Shown piece by piece: positions 31,576 to 41,596 of a DNA stretch of 64,000 bases (positions are counted from its first letter, which is position 1; every line of letters begins with the position of its first letter). The notes beneath the pieces are model-generated. The model made no database searches and was not told where the DNA came from. It saw nothing but the letters and a program-made list of their open reading frames with translations. The position numbers were made by a program, and so were the translations under genes. Origin of the DNA: an uncultured Methanoregulaceae archaeon (GTDB lineage Archaea; Halobacteriota; Methanomicrobia; Methanomicrobiales; Methanospirillaceae); NCBI GenBank assembly GCA_963705255.1, contig OY970061.1, positions 2,528,001-2,592,000 on the forward strand, in the 5' to 3' direction.

Positions 31576-32274
31576 AAAAAGATTCTTGTCCGCGAGCTTG
31601 CGGTTGGCGAACCCGGGTGGTGAGAACCGAACGGTTACACGAACCTGCATGCTTGGTGAGGTGCCCCCGAAACAGGATCGCCCCTTCTTTATCACGGGGG
31701 CAACCTGCCGGACGGTAAGTCTCCCATGTTCCATTCTCCGACGGAGACTTCTCAGGCAGGATCCGGCTTTGGAAATTTCCAGTGGAAGTGGTGCCAACGC
31801 CCGGCGAAATCCCTCTTTTAAATCAGTATTTTGGCAAAATCTTCATTTTAAGCGGGAAAAAACCGTGCAATTTAGCGGCCTTATACGGACCGCGAAAAAC
31901 CGGCAGTCTGCAGGCTGTCCGGGAACCCGGCACGGCCCCGGAGGGCCATTATGGCCGAAATTAAAAGGGGGTCCTGTAAGGGGTTGGAAAAAACAGGTTT
32001 TTTCCCGAAAATGCTGAAAACTGCCCGCCGGCGTTCCCGGCCCGTTGCCGGAGGGCATCCGGATGGAGGGATACGGTTTTTTGCCTGTTTTCTCCCCCGG
32101 CCATCGGTCGAAAACCGATCCCTGAGAGAAAATGGTGCCACCGATTTCTCCGGGAAATTTTTCAGAATCCGCCTGTGATTGCCCGGCTGGGTCACCTTGC
32201 ACGAAGCAGAGAAACCATCAGGCTTCTAAGGTATTGCACGTAGGAAATCGCAACAAATTCTTTTCCGGAGACCA

Positions 32275-32360
32275 GCAATTTTCTAAAATTCCCGCCAACC
32301 GATCTGGCAATTATTTTTTTTGGCACATCCGGATCCGGGAATTATCTTTTATTGGCAGGA
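32275..32360 (+). repeat. Second cluster of the 32-bp palindromic unit
   Basis: Units at 32288, 32319, 32351 (e.g. CCAACCGATCTGGCAATT, CACATCCGGATCCGGGAATT). Confidence 0.85.
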
Positions 32361-32460
32361 CCGGTGCACGTTCCGGGAAGTTCACCAGAACCACGTGTAT
32401 GATTCATCAGAATTCTTCGTACTCTTTCCAGCCCTCCCCCCTTTGGGATCGGTGGTCAAA

Positions 32461-32531
32461 TCGAAGAACGCTGATGCGTTTCATCGAAGAGCCTTCGGCT
32501 CTTCTCCTGTCTCAAGCCTGATGACTCTCGA
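32461..32531 (+). repeat. Mosaic hairpin repeat, short copy G
   Basis: TCGAAGAACGCTGATGCGTT and TCGAAGAGCC-TTC-GGCTCTTC-TCCTGTCTC modules. Confidence 0.75.
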
Positions 32532-32613
32532 CATTCTCCAGCCCGCAATTCCCGGTGGGGAATTGCAGTCTATCCCAATCTCTATATTACCCCCCGCTCA
32601 CCAGTATAGATAG

Positions 32614-33450
32614 ATGCAGAAACCGGATAGCGATCCCGTCTGGTCAGCCCTTGCCGATGCCACGTTCCGGGCGTTCCGCGAAGCCGCCATCACGCTCCCC
32701 CCCGATGTAATCCGGGCGATCGATCGGGCCGCCGCTGCCGAGACCAATCCGGTCGCCCGCGGGGAGTTTGCCAATATCCTGGAGAATGTCAGGCTGGCAG
32801 CGGAGCTCGGTGTGCCTCTCTGCCAGGATACCGGTGTCCCGGTCGTTTACCTCACGCTCCCGCCCGATGTCCCGCTTACGCAGGGACTCTATGACGCGGT
32901 GAGCGAAGGGGTCAGGCGGGCGACAAAAGAGGTACCGCTCCGCCCGAATGTCGTGGACCCCCTCACCCGCCACAATACCGGGGATAACACCGGCAACGGC
33001 ATGCCGGCCATCCATATCCGGCCCGGCGAGCGGTTCACGGTGACGGTGCTTCCCAAGGGCGCCGGGGCGGAGAACAGTTCCCGGATCGCGATGCTGCTCC
33101 CTTCCCATGTCTATGGCATAGAGGGGTTCGTAGTCGAGACGATGCTCCATGCGGAGGGCAGGCCCTGCCCGCCGGTATTCCTCGGGGTTGGGATCGGGGG
33201 CACCTTCGACCTTGCGGCATCGCTCGCGAAGGAAGCGCTGCTCCTTCCGGTCGACGAGATGACCGCATTCGAGCAGCAGATTTGCGACTCGGTCAACAAG
33301 CTCGGGATCGGCCCGATGGGGCTTGGGGGGGACACGACCGCACTCGCGGTCAGGGTGAAGACTGCCGGGTGCCATACCGCCTCCCTCCCGGTTGCCGTGA
33401 ACGTCCAGTGCTGGGCACACCGGCATGCAACCGTGGAAGTGAAGCTATGA
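32614..33450 (+). CDS. Fe-S fumarate hydratase (class I) alpha subunit
   Basis: PLCQDTG, KGAGAEN, PCPP...GVGIGG, GIGPMGLGG, CHTASLPVAVNVQCWAHR. Confidence 0.9.
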   Translation: MQKPDSDPVWSALADATFRAFREAAITLPPDVIRAIDRAAAAETNPVARGEFANILENVRLAAELGVPLCQDTGVPVVYLTLPPDVPLTQGLYDAVSEGVRRATKEVPLRPNVVDPLTRHNTGDNTGNGMPAIHIRPGERFTVTVLPKGAGAENSSRIAMLLPSHVYGIEGFVVETMLHAEGRPCPPVFLGVGIGGTFDLAASLAKEALLLPVDEMTAFEQQICDSVNKLGIGPMGLGGDTTALAVRVKTAGCHTASLPVAVNVQCWAHRHATVEVKL

Positions 33451-34031
33451 GCAGGGAGGTGGTCCGGCTGCACACCCCTCTCGGGGACGAAGTCCTCGAT
33501 CTCCGTGCAGGGGATCATGTCGAGCTCTCCGGCACGGTTTACACGGCACGGGACGAGGCGCACTTCCGCATGCAGAAGGAGGGCATCCCCTTCGATCCCC
33601 GGGGGGCGGTGATCTACCACTGCGGCCCTGTCGTCCACGACAACCGCATCCTCGCCGCCGGCCCGACCACCTCTGCCCGGATGAACGATCTCTCAGGTTT
33701 TCTCATTGACCGGGGCATCCGGGGGATCATAGGCAAGGGGGGGATGGGGGCGGCCGTGCGCGGGCAGCTCAGGAACAGGGGTGTCTATTTCGCGTTCACC
33801 GGTGGCTGTGCCGCACTTGCGTCGTCCCACATGACCCTGAAGGGTGTTCTTTTCGAAGACCTCGGGATGGCGGAAGCGGTCTGGGTGATCGGGCTCGACC
33901 GGCTGCCGCTCGTGGTCGGAATCGATGCGGTCGGCAACGATATCTTCGACGCTGCACGGATGCATGCGGCTGAAGCCTTCCGCGAGTTCTCCCGCACAAA
34001 AGGCCCGGGCAGCCCGGGTGAAAACACATAG
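33447..34031 (+). CDS. Fe-S fumarate hydratase beta subunit
   Basis: TARDEAH, YHCGP, GPTTSARM, IGKGG, LGMAEAVW. Confidence 0.9.
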   Translation: MSREVVRLHTPLGDEVLDLRAGDHVELSGTVYTARDEAHFRMQKEGIPFDPRGAVIYHCGPVVHDNRILAAGPTTSARMNDLSGFLIDRGIRGIIGKGGMGAAVRGQLRNRGVYFAFTGGCAALASSHMTLKGVLFEDLGMAEAVWVIGLDRLPLVVGIDAVGNDIFDAARMHAAEAFREFSRTKGPGSPGENT

Positions 34032-34079
34032 GTTTTTTTCAGCTCAGGGAAAAACTAATACGACAGGACTCGGTTTCCC

Positions 34080-34352
34080 ATGAAACTCGCTATCGACGAG
34101 ACCCGGTGCAAGGGCTGCAACCTCTGTACAAAGGTCTGCCCGTATAAGATCTTCCGGGAGGGCAAGCGGCCCAACCGCCGTGGCATCGTGGTGCCCGAAC
34201 TCGACCGTCCTGAACGCTGCACGAACTGCCGGCTCCGGCACCTCTACGGCCGGCAGCTCTGCGGCGTCTGCCAGCTCACCTGTCCCGACCAGGCGATCCA
34301 CTGGATCGATGAAGAACCCTACGAACCCCACAAGGTGGCGATCGAATATTGA
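34080..34352 (+). CDS. korD: 2-oxoacid:ferredoxin oxidoreductase delta subunit (4Fe-4S)
   Basis: CKGCNLCTKVCP and CTNC...CGVCQLTCP motifs; operon context. Confidence 0.8.
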   Translation: MKLAIDETRCKGCNLCTKVCPYKIFREGKRPNRRGIVVPELDRPERCTNCRLRHLYGRQLCGVCQLTCPDQAIHWIDEEPYEPHKVAIEY

Positions 34353-35452
34353 CGTCGAGACTTGAGTTCTGGCAGGGGAATACGGCCTGTGCCGAGGGAG
34401 CGCTTGCGGCGGGCTGCCGGTTCTTCGGCGGGTACCCGATCACTCCCTCAACGGAAATTGCCGAGCACATGGCGGTAAAACTCCCGAAGAAGAACGGGGT
34501 CTTCATCCAGATGGAGGACGAGATCGCAAGCATCGCCTCGGTAATCGGCGCCTCGTGGACCGGAGCCCGGGCGATGACGGCAACGAGCGGTCCCGGCTTC
34601 TCCCTGATGATGGAGAACATCGGGTTCGCCGCGATGACCGAGACCCCCTGCGTTATCGTCAATGTCCAGCGGGGAGGACCCTCGACCGGCCAGCCCACCA
34701 TGGGAGCACAGGGTGACATGATGCAGTGCCGGTTCGGATCGCACGGCGACTATTCCATCATCGCCCTCTGCCCGGCAAGTGTCCAGGAGATGTACGGGCT
34801 CACGGCAAAGGCATTCAACCTTGCCGACCATTACCGCGTCCCGGTATTCCTGATGGCGGACGAGATCGTGGGCCACATGCGGGAGAAGATCGTCATCCCG
34901 GATACGGTCGAACACATCCCGCGCCGGGAACTGGCGAGAGGCACTCTCCCGTTCCACCCTGACGCGGACCTCATCCCAGGTTTCCCGCAGTTCGGCAAAG
35001 GGTACGGGGTCCACGTGACCGGTCTCACCCACGATGAACGGGGATACCCGTGCGCCACCAACCCGAAACTCCACGCGGCGCTCGTCAAGCGGCTCGTGGA
35101 TAAGGTCGAGTCAGCCCGTCATGAGATCGCGGACTATGATGCGATCAACCCGGATGCCGAGGACGTCTTCATCGCGTACGGGGCACCGGTCCGCACGGTC
35201 CAGCAGGTCATGCACGACCATGCCGGAAAGGATATCGGGTTCCTCCGGCTCCGTACCGTCTGGCCTTTCCCGGAGAAGGCACTGGCTGCGTTCAAAAACG
35301 CCCGGCGGTTCCTCGTCCCGGAACTGAACCTCGGCCAGATCGCCCGGGAGATCGAACGGCACGTGGATCTCCCAGTTGTCAGCATCCCGAAACTTGGCGG
35401 GGAACTCCATACGCCTGCCGAACTTGTAGCAGCACTGGAGGCAAAACAATGA
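34349..35452 (+). CDS. korA: 2-oxoglutarate:ferredoxin oxidoreductase alpha subunit
   Basis: GYPITPSTE, QMEDEIAS, TATSGPGFSLM, QRGGPSTG. Confidence 0.88.
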   Translation: MTSRLEFWQGNTACAEGALAAGCRFFGGYPITPSTEIAEHMAVKLPKKNGVFIQMEDEIASIASVIGASWTGARAMTATSGPGFSLMMENIGFAAMTETPCVIVNVQRGGPSTGQPTMGAQGDMMQCRFGSHGDYSIIALCPASVQEMYGLTAKAFNLADHYRVPVFLMADEIVGHMREKIVIPDTVEHIPRRELARGTLPFHPDADLIPGFPQFGKGYGVHVTGLTHDERGYPCATNPKLHAALVKRLVDKVESARHEIADYDAINPDAEDVFIAYGAPVRTVQQVMHDHAGKDIGFLRLRTVWPFPEKALAAFKNARRFLVPELNLGQIAREIERHVDLPVVSIPKLGGELHTPAELVAALEAKQ

Positions 35453-36237
35453 GCTTCGAAGACTGGTTCCGCCAGGACCGGCTCCCCCACATCTACTGCG
35501 CCGGCTGCGGCAACGGCACGATCATCAACTGCACGCTCGCGGCAGTCGACCAGATGGCGTGGAAGAAGGAGGAGACGGTCTTTGTCTCGGGAATCGGCTG
35601 TTCCTCGCGGGCTCCCGGATACATTGTCACGGACTCGCTCCACACGACCCACGGGCGGGCAATCGCGTTTGCCACCGGCGTGAAGATGGCTAACCCGGAC
35701 CTCCACGTCGTCGTATTCACGGGCGACGGCGATCTGGCGGCCATCGGCGGGAACCATTTCATCCATGCCTGCAGGCGCAACATCGACCTCACGGTGGTCT
35801 GCATGAACAACCAGATCTACGGGATGACCGGAGGGCAGGGCAGCCCGACGACCCCGCTCGGGTGCCTCTCGTCTACCACGCCCTACGGCTGCGCTGAAGC
35901 CCCGTTCGACCTCTGCGAGCTGGCGATAGCAGCTGGGGCCAACTATGTCTCGCGCTGGACATCCTACCATGTGAAGGAACTCGAGAAGGCCGTGAAGGCC
36001 GGTCTCGAGACACCCGGTTTCTCCTTCATCGAGGCGCTGGTCCAGTGCCCGACCGCGTTCGGGCGCAGGAACAAGTTCAGGCAGGTCGCGGATCACGTGG
36101 AATACCTGAAGTCGCACTCGCTCCTGAAAGCAAAACGCGACCGGATGCTGGAGCAGGGCGAACCCATCCCCGAAGATATGTTTGTCGTCGGGGAACTCAC
36201 CCGCAGGAACCGCCCCGCCATGGGGGTGAAGCCATGA
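35449..36237 (+). CDS. korB: 2-oxoglutarate:ferredoxin oxidoreductase beta subunit
   Basis: CAGCGNG, SGIGCS, GDGD...NN TPP motif, YGMTGGQ. Confidence 0.88.
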   Translation: MSFEDWFRQDRLPHIYCAGCGNGTIINCTLAAVDQMAWKKEETVFVSGIGCSSRAPGYIVTDSLHTTHGRAIAFATGVKMANPDLHVVVFTGDGDLAAIGGNHFIHACRRNIDLTVVCMNNQIYGMTGGQGSPTTPLGCLSSTTPYGCAEAPFDLCELAIAAGANYVSRWTSYHVKELEKAVKAGLETPGFSFIEALVQCPTAFGRRNKFRQVADHVEYLKSHSLLKAKRDRMLEQGEPIPEDMFVVGELTRRNRPAMGVKP

Positions 36238-36773
36238 GGAACGAAGTACGGTTCTCGGGCTTTGGCGGGCAGGGGATCATCCTTTCAGCGGTTATCCTCG
36301 GCAGGGCCGCCGTCATGTACGACAACAAGTATGCCGTGCAGACCCAGGTCTACGGGCCGGAAGCCCGGGGCGGGGCATCGATGAGCGCGTTGATCATTGA
36401 CGACGCGCCGATCCTCTACCCGAAAGTGGCGACGCCCGATATCTACGTGATCATGTCGCAGGAAGGGTTCGAGAAGTACGGCGGTGATGCGGTTGACCCT
36501 GCCGTGATGCTGGTCGATACCACGCTCGTCCACTCCCGCCCGAAATGCACCTGCTTCGAGATCCCGGCCACCCGGGAGGCAAAAGAGACGCTCGGGAGGG
36601 ACATTGTCGCAAACATCGTGATGCTCGGGGCGCTCGTGGCATCGACGCACGTGGTGAGCGAAGCGGCGCTCGAAAGAGCGATCCTCGACTCCGTGCCGAA
36701 GGGCACCGAGGCGCTCAATATCAGGGCGATGAAAATAGGCTTTGAACTGGCCAAAGGGCTGAACACACCATGA
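36234..36773 (+). CDS. korC: 2-oxoglutarate:ferredoxin oxidoreductase gamma subunit
   Basis: GFGGQG, YGPEARGG, NIVMLGA. Confidence 0.85.
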   Translation: MRNEVRFSGFGGQGIILSAVILGRAAVMYDNKYAVQTQVYGPEARGGASMSALIIDDAPILYPKVATPDIYVIMSQEGFEKYGGDAVDPAVMLVDTTLVHSRPKCTCFEIPATREAKETLGRDIVANIVMLGALVASTHVVSEAALERAILDSVPKGTEALNIRAMKIGFELAKGLNTP

Positions 36774-37856
36774 AGTTACGGGAATACGAGGCAAAAAAGG
36801 TCCTGCGGGAGAGCGGGATATCTGTCCCGGCAGGCTTTCTCATACGGTCTGCAGCTGAACTTGCTCCCCATCTTGACGAACTGGGCGAAGGGTTTGTACT
36901 GAAGGCGCAGGTGGATGTCGGCGGCAGGGGAAAGGCCGGGGGGATCCTGATGGCAGACCGGAAGAACGGTGTTGCGACCGCAGGAGAGCTCTTCAGAAAA
37001 GAGATCAAGGGCCTGCCCGTGAAGGAGATCCTTGCCGAACAGCGCCTGTCCATCCAGCATGAGTATTACCTCTCGATCACGGTCGACCGGGCAGGCAAGC
37101 AACCTCTCATCCTCTTCACCGAGGCTGGTGGAGTGGACATCGAGATAACGGCCAAAGAACGGCCCGATGCGATCCGGAGCGTGCTGGTTTCTCCGCTTTT
37201 GCGGGAGATTCCGCCCTTTATGCTCCGGGACCTCGTGGGCAGCGCGCCTAAGGAGATCGGGCCGGTCATCAGCAAGCTCTACCGGATATTCCTTGACAAG
37301 GATGCCCTCCTCGCCGAGATCAACCCCCTCGTCATGACGCCGCAGGGAGTCTTTGCGGCCGACGCCAAGATCATTGTCGACGACAATGCGCTGGGCCGCC
37401 AGGGCATCAGGGTAAACCGGGACCTGACCGACCGCGAGCGCGAGGCCGGGACGCATGGCTTCTCGTATGTCGAGGCTCGATGGTGCGATCGGCGTCATCG
37501 GGAACGGGGCAGGGCTCACGATGGCGACCCTTGACCTGATCGAATACTATGGCGGCAAGGCGGCGAATTTCCTCGACGTCGGCGGTGGTGCCGAGAGCGA
37601 TCGGGTGATGCATGCGGTCAGGCTGGTCGCAAGCCTGCCTTCGGTCAGGGTGATCGTCGTGAACCTCCTCGGCGGGATCACGAAATGCGACGAAGTGGCA
37701 AAGGGGATCATTGCCGCAGGAATCCCCCAGAAGGTGATAGTCCGGCTTGCGGGAACGAACGAGGCCGAAGGGAAGAAGCTCCTCTCGGAGAAAGGCTACG
37801 AGATGCTCGACACGATGGAACTTGTCGTAAAGAAAGCCGTTGAGGTGACCGCATGA
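36770..37856 (+). CDS. sucC: Succinyl-CoA synthetase beta subunit (1-nt insertion near 37475)
   Basis: MKLREYEAK, KAQV..GGRGKAGG, EINPL, then GNGAGLTMATLD and NFLDVGGG in the second frame. Confidence 0.92.
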
Positions 37857-38731
37857 TCTACGGCGACAGGAATACGGGAATCCTCGTGCAGGGCGCCACC
37901 GGGAAGCAGGGCGAGTTCCATATCGGCCTGATGAACGCCTACGCACGGCAGGTCGGGGGCAAAGGGGTCGTTGCCGGTGTGACGCCGGGAAAAGGCGGCC
38001 AGCAGGTGCACGGCGTCCCGGTCTTCAATACCGTAAAGGAAGCGATGCGCGAGTATGACATCGGTGCTGCCGTTATCTTCGTCCCCGCCGCTGCGGCAGG
38101 CGATGCCATCATGGAGGAGGCGAATGCCGGTATTCCTACCATCGTCTGCATTACCGAGCACATCCCGGTGCACGATACGATGAAAGCGATCGCCTATGCG
38201 CGGATGGAGGGCTCCAGCGTGATCGGGCCGAACTGCCCAGGCCTGTTGTCTCCCGGCGAAGTGAAGATGGGGATCATGCCGGCGGGGCTCTTCTCCCGCG
38301 GGAACGTGGGGGTGATCTCCCGATCCGGTACACTGACCTATGAAGTAGTGGACGAGCTCACCCGGGCCGGCATCGGCCAGAGCACCGTCATCGGCATCGG
38401 TGGCGACCCGGTGATCGGCCAGACATTTGTCGATGTCCTCGCGCGCTTCGAGAACGATTCCCAGACCAAAGCCGTTGTCCTGATCGGGGAAGTGGGCGGG
38501 AACCTTGAAGAAGAGGGCGCGAAGTCAACGGACCTCCCGATCGTCTCCTATATCGCCGGGGTTTCCGCACCGCCCGACAAGAGGATGGGCCATGCGGGCG
38601 CGATCGTCGAGGGCGGGGAAGGGGATGCCCGCTCGAAGATCGCCCGGCTCAAAAAACACGGCGTCCCGGTCGCGTCCCGGGTATCCGAGATACCGGAGAT
38701 GGTGCGGGACCTGTTCCGGTGCCGGTGCTGA
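37853..38731 (+). CDS. sucD: Succinyl-CoA synthetase alpha subunit
   Basis: QGATGKQG, GPNCPG, SRSGTLTYE, GIGGDP, MGHAGA. Confidence 0.95.
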   Translation: MIYGDRNTGILVQGATGKQGEFHIGLMNAYARQVGGKGVVAGVTPGKGGQQVHGVPVFNTVKEAMREYDIGAAVIFVPAAAAGDAIMEEANAGIPTIVCITEHIPVHDTMKAIAYARMEGSSVIGPNCPGLLSPGEVKMGIMPAGLFSRGNVGVISRSGTLTYEVVDELTRAGIGQSTVIGIGGDPVIGQTFVDVLARFENDSQTKAVVLIGEVGGNLEEEGAKSTDLPIVSYIAGVSAPPDKRMGHAGAIVEGGEGDARSKIARLKKHGVPVASRVSEIPEMVRDLFRCRC

Positions 38732-38838
38732 AATTTTTTTGAAAAAGGGGAGAGGTTATACCGGCTCCTCAGTGAAGGGGTGCCGGACCTTCGACCCGTC
38801 GGGGATGCCATGGGTTACCGGGGCCGCCTTTGCTTTGG

Positions 38839-39075
38839 TCATAAATACCCCCGGCACCCGACCCTTTCGAGATTTCGGCGTGCATGACCGAGGCCGGCCT
38901 TCATTACCCGCCTGAGATTCCGTTCTGCCCGGCCCTGCCCGGCGTCCATCACTTTTTTAAGATTTTGCTTGGCGCGTTCCTGACCGCGAGCAAGTAATAC
39001 CACCAGCTCCTTTGCCTTTTCCGTTGTATCCGCAGCACCGGAGGCCCGTGCCATATGAATGGAAATCCCCATCAT
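38839..39075 (-). CDS. Small basic protein with three 15-aa repeats
   Basis: ARGQERAKQNLKKVM / DAGQGRAERNLRRVM / KAGLGHARRNLERVG. Confidence 0.55.
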   Translation of the reverse strand: MMGISIHMARASGAADTTEKAKELVVLLARGQERAKQNLKKVMDAGQGRAERNLRRVMKAGLGHARRNLERVGCRGYL

Positions 39076-39249
39076 GCCGGCACCCCGACGCCATTCTTCC
39101 GGGCGTAATGCAATACGGCCTTCCGGAGCACAGCACTCGCGCTTGTTTCATCAGTCTTCCGTCGGATTTTCTCGACAATCCGGACATCCTTCTCTGTTGC
39201 ACGATACCCAATGTAAAGGTCCTTTCCCATCGGTCACCTCAGTTAGATT

Positions 39250-39297
39250 TTGTTAGACAATGATAGATGACTTCACTATAAAAAAGTTGTCTAACAA
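39250..39297. promoter_or_regulatory. Inverted-repeat operator flanking a TATA-like box
   Basis: TTGTTAGACAA (39250-39260), 26 bp containing TATAAAAA, then TTGTCTAACAA (39287-39297); between divergent genes. Confidence 0.6.
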
Positions 39298-39388
39298 CTT
39301 TTGCAAGGTGCTAACAGTAATTGGCGCAATCTAATATGGTTTTAATAATAAAGACAAAATAGGTACAACAGGATCTATAGGTTTTAAA

Positions 39389-39637
39389 ATGGAGCCGAAG
39401 GATGGCAATACGTATATCGGCTGCCGGGTTTCCCCTGAATGGTTAAAAGTAATAGAAGAGAAATATGTCGGTCAGGGCAAAGAGTTCGAGAATATGTCCG
39501 ACTTCCTCCGTTCTCTCATTCAGGATAAAATAGATCCGAAGCGCCGGCGTGAAAAGCTTAAGAGTGAGGTTTGGGAGATTCTGAATGATCCAGACTCTCG
39601 CCAGTTAATTGGTCTGCCTCCCAATCCAGGTCCATAA
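39389..39637 (+). CDS. Ribbon-helix-helix (CopG/Arc/MetJ-like) regulator
   Basis: YIGCRVSPEWLKVIE...FENMSDFLRSLIQDKI. Confidence 0.8.
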   Translation: MEPKDGNTYIGCRVSPEWLKVIEEKYVGQGKEFENMSDFLRSLIQDKIDPKRRREKLKSEVWEILNDPDSRQLIGLPPNPGP

Positions 39638-39928
39638 CTAGTTCCCGTATAATCTCAATAAGCTCATCCCTCTCTTCCTTTGAGATCGTATAAGGTCATC
39701 TCTTGATCATGGGACTGATTGTATTACCTTACGAATAATGTTTCTACGAATCAGTATGAAAATGAAATAATCAGCCTGAGAATTTTGGCTCTTTCAGGTC
39801 ATCGGCAGCTTCCTTCCTACTGCCGACCCGAGTAACCAGCGGGCATTTCCGCAATCTCTTTTGAAACCATGAGCGATAACTGGCTGATGAAAAATTTTCT
39901 GAACTGGTGATAGTGTAATTGTTTTCTT

Positions 39929-40220
39929 ATGAGTTCTTCTTATTCTCGAGGTCCCGCTGAAACTTCTCCGGAAATCGGAGAGGTTTCTTAAACCTCGACG
40001 AGGAGAATCAGAGAGGTTTCTCGTAAACCTCGATGAAGAGAAGTGAGGCAATGAGCCAAACTTCGAATGAAGGCGTGAACCTACCTTCGACCTAAACGAA
40101 GAACTCCGATGAGTTCTTCTTATCCTCGTGGTCCTGATGAATCTCTCCGGAAATCGAAGAACACTGATGCGTTCTTCTCTTGTCTCGATGACGTTGTCGT
40201 GTCGACATCCCCAAGAGCGA
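39929..40220 (+). repeat. Mosaic hairpin repeat, copy B
   Basis: String of stem-loop modules ending CCCCAAGAGCG; 40005-40219 is ~90% identical (by eye) to the reverse complement of 44446-44661. Confidence 0.9.
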
Positions 40221-40364
40221 CTGCATGGTTCCCTGCGAATCTCAGCAGAGCCGACGGAGCATGAAAAATGTATCAGCTCCCTTTCCGGACTCCTGCAGAA
40301 AATCCGTATGTTTAAATACGAACGGTGATAACTGACTGACTAGTCAATTTACAGGGTGTCCCTG

Positions 40365-41588
40365 ATGCTTTACCGAACAGTTCCAAAAACCGGTGACAAC
40401 CTCTCCATCCTCGGTTTCGGCTGCATGCGTCTTCCCTCAACACGGACCGGAGGAGTGGATGAAGCACGCGCCATCCGCCAGATCCGGCACGCGATCGATG
40501 GCGGTGTCAATTATGTTGACACAGCCCCTGTCTACCACCTCGGGAAGAGCGAGCAGGTGCTGGGCAGGGCGCTTGCCGGCGGCTACCGGGAGAAAGTCCG
40601 GATTGCCACGAAACTCCCCCACTGGTCCGTGTACGAACGTGCCGACATGGACCGTATCCTTGATGCGCAGCTGAAGACCCTGCAGACCGACCACGTCGAC
40701 TACTACCTGCTCCACAGTCTTGGCAAAGGCAGTTTTGAAAAACTTCTCGGTCTTGGCGTCCTCGAATTTCTCGACGCCGCAAAGAGAGACGGGAGGATCC
40801 GGAACGCCGGCTTCTCGTTCCATGACAATCTGGCGGCCTTCAAGGAGATCGTCGATTCGTATGACTGGCAGTTCTGCCAGATCCAGTACAACTATCTCGA
40901 TGAGCAGAACCAGGCAGGGACCGAAGGGCTCAGGTATGCGGCAGAGAAAGGGCTGGCCGTCATCGTCATGGAACCTTTGCGGGGCGGGAACCTTGCCGGC
41001 AGGATCCCCCCGTCGATCCAGAAGATCTGGGACGAAGCACCGCTCAAACGGTCTCCGGCCGAATGGGGCCTCCGCTGGGTCTGGGACCACCCGGAAGTGA
41101 CCGTTGTCCTCTCGGGCATGAACGATGAAGCACACATCGATGAAAACCTCCGGGTTGCGGGCAGTGCCCTCCCGGGCTCCCTTTCCGGCGATGAACACGC
41201 ACTTATTGGCAGGGTGAGGGATGAGTACCGGCGGCTGATGAAGGTCGGATGCACGGGCTGCGGCTACTGCATGCCATGCCCGGCCGGGGTCGATATCCCC
41301 GGTTGTTTCGCAAGCTACAACGCCCATGCACTCTTCCCCCATGACAGGACGGCAAAGTTCCAGTATATCGGAAGACATGGCGGCCTTATCGGTGACAGGT
41401 CCCATGCCGGGTTGTGCCGGCAGTGCGGGAAGTGTGCCAAATCCTGTCCGCAGCACCTCCCGATCCCATCCCTGATGAAAGACGTCTCAAAGGAGATGGA
41501 AGGGATGATGGGCGTCGCCGTACCGGTCCTCCGGGGGTACTCTGGTGCGCGAACAGGGCCGGGAGGTACGCCGGGCAATAACCGGTGA
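40365..41588 (+). CDS. Aldo/keto reductase with C-terminal 4Fe-4S domain
   Basis: LGFGCMRLP, NYVDTA, MEPLRGG, CTGCGYCMPCP, CRQCGKCAKSCP; extreme C-terminus may be frameshifted. Confidence 0.9.
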   Translation: MLYRTVPKTGDNLSILGFGCMRLPSTRTGGVDEARAIRQIRHAIDGGVNYVDTAPVYHLGKSEQVLGRALAGGYREKVRIATKLPHWSVYERADMDRILDAQLKTLQTDHVDYYLLHSLGKGSFEKLLGLGVLEFLDAAKRDGRIRNAGFSFHDNLAAFKEIVDSYDWQFCQIQYNYLDEQNQAGTEGLRYAAEKGLAVIVMEPLRGGNLAGRIPPSIQKIWDEAPLKRSPAEWGLRWVWDHPEVTVVLSGMNDEAHIDENLRVAGSALPGSLSGDEHALIGRVRDEYRRLMKVGCTGCGYCMPCPAGVDIPGCFASYNAHALFPHDRTAKFQYIGRHGGLIGDRSHAGLCRQCGKCAKSCPQHLPIPSLMKDVSKEMEGMMGVAVPVLRGYSGARTGPGGTPGNNR

Positions 41589-41596
41589 GAACCCTC

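Noticed and set aside
40130-40160. Hammerhead ribozyme or C/D-box sRNA in the repeat modules (CTGATGA motif, also near 12780-12820, 32518 and 53689)
   Set aside because: CTGATGA forms the loop of a short hairpin; there is no stem II followed by GAAA and no properly spaced C/D pair; other copies swap the loop for TGAC, CGAT or TTC
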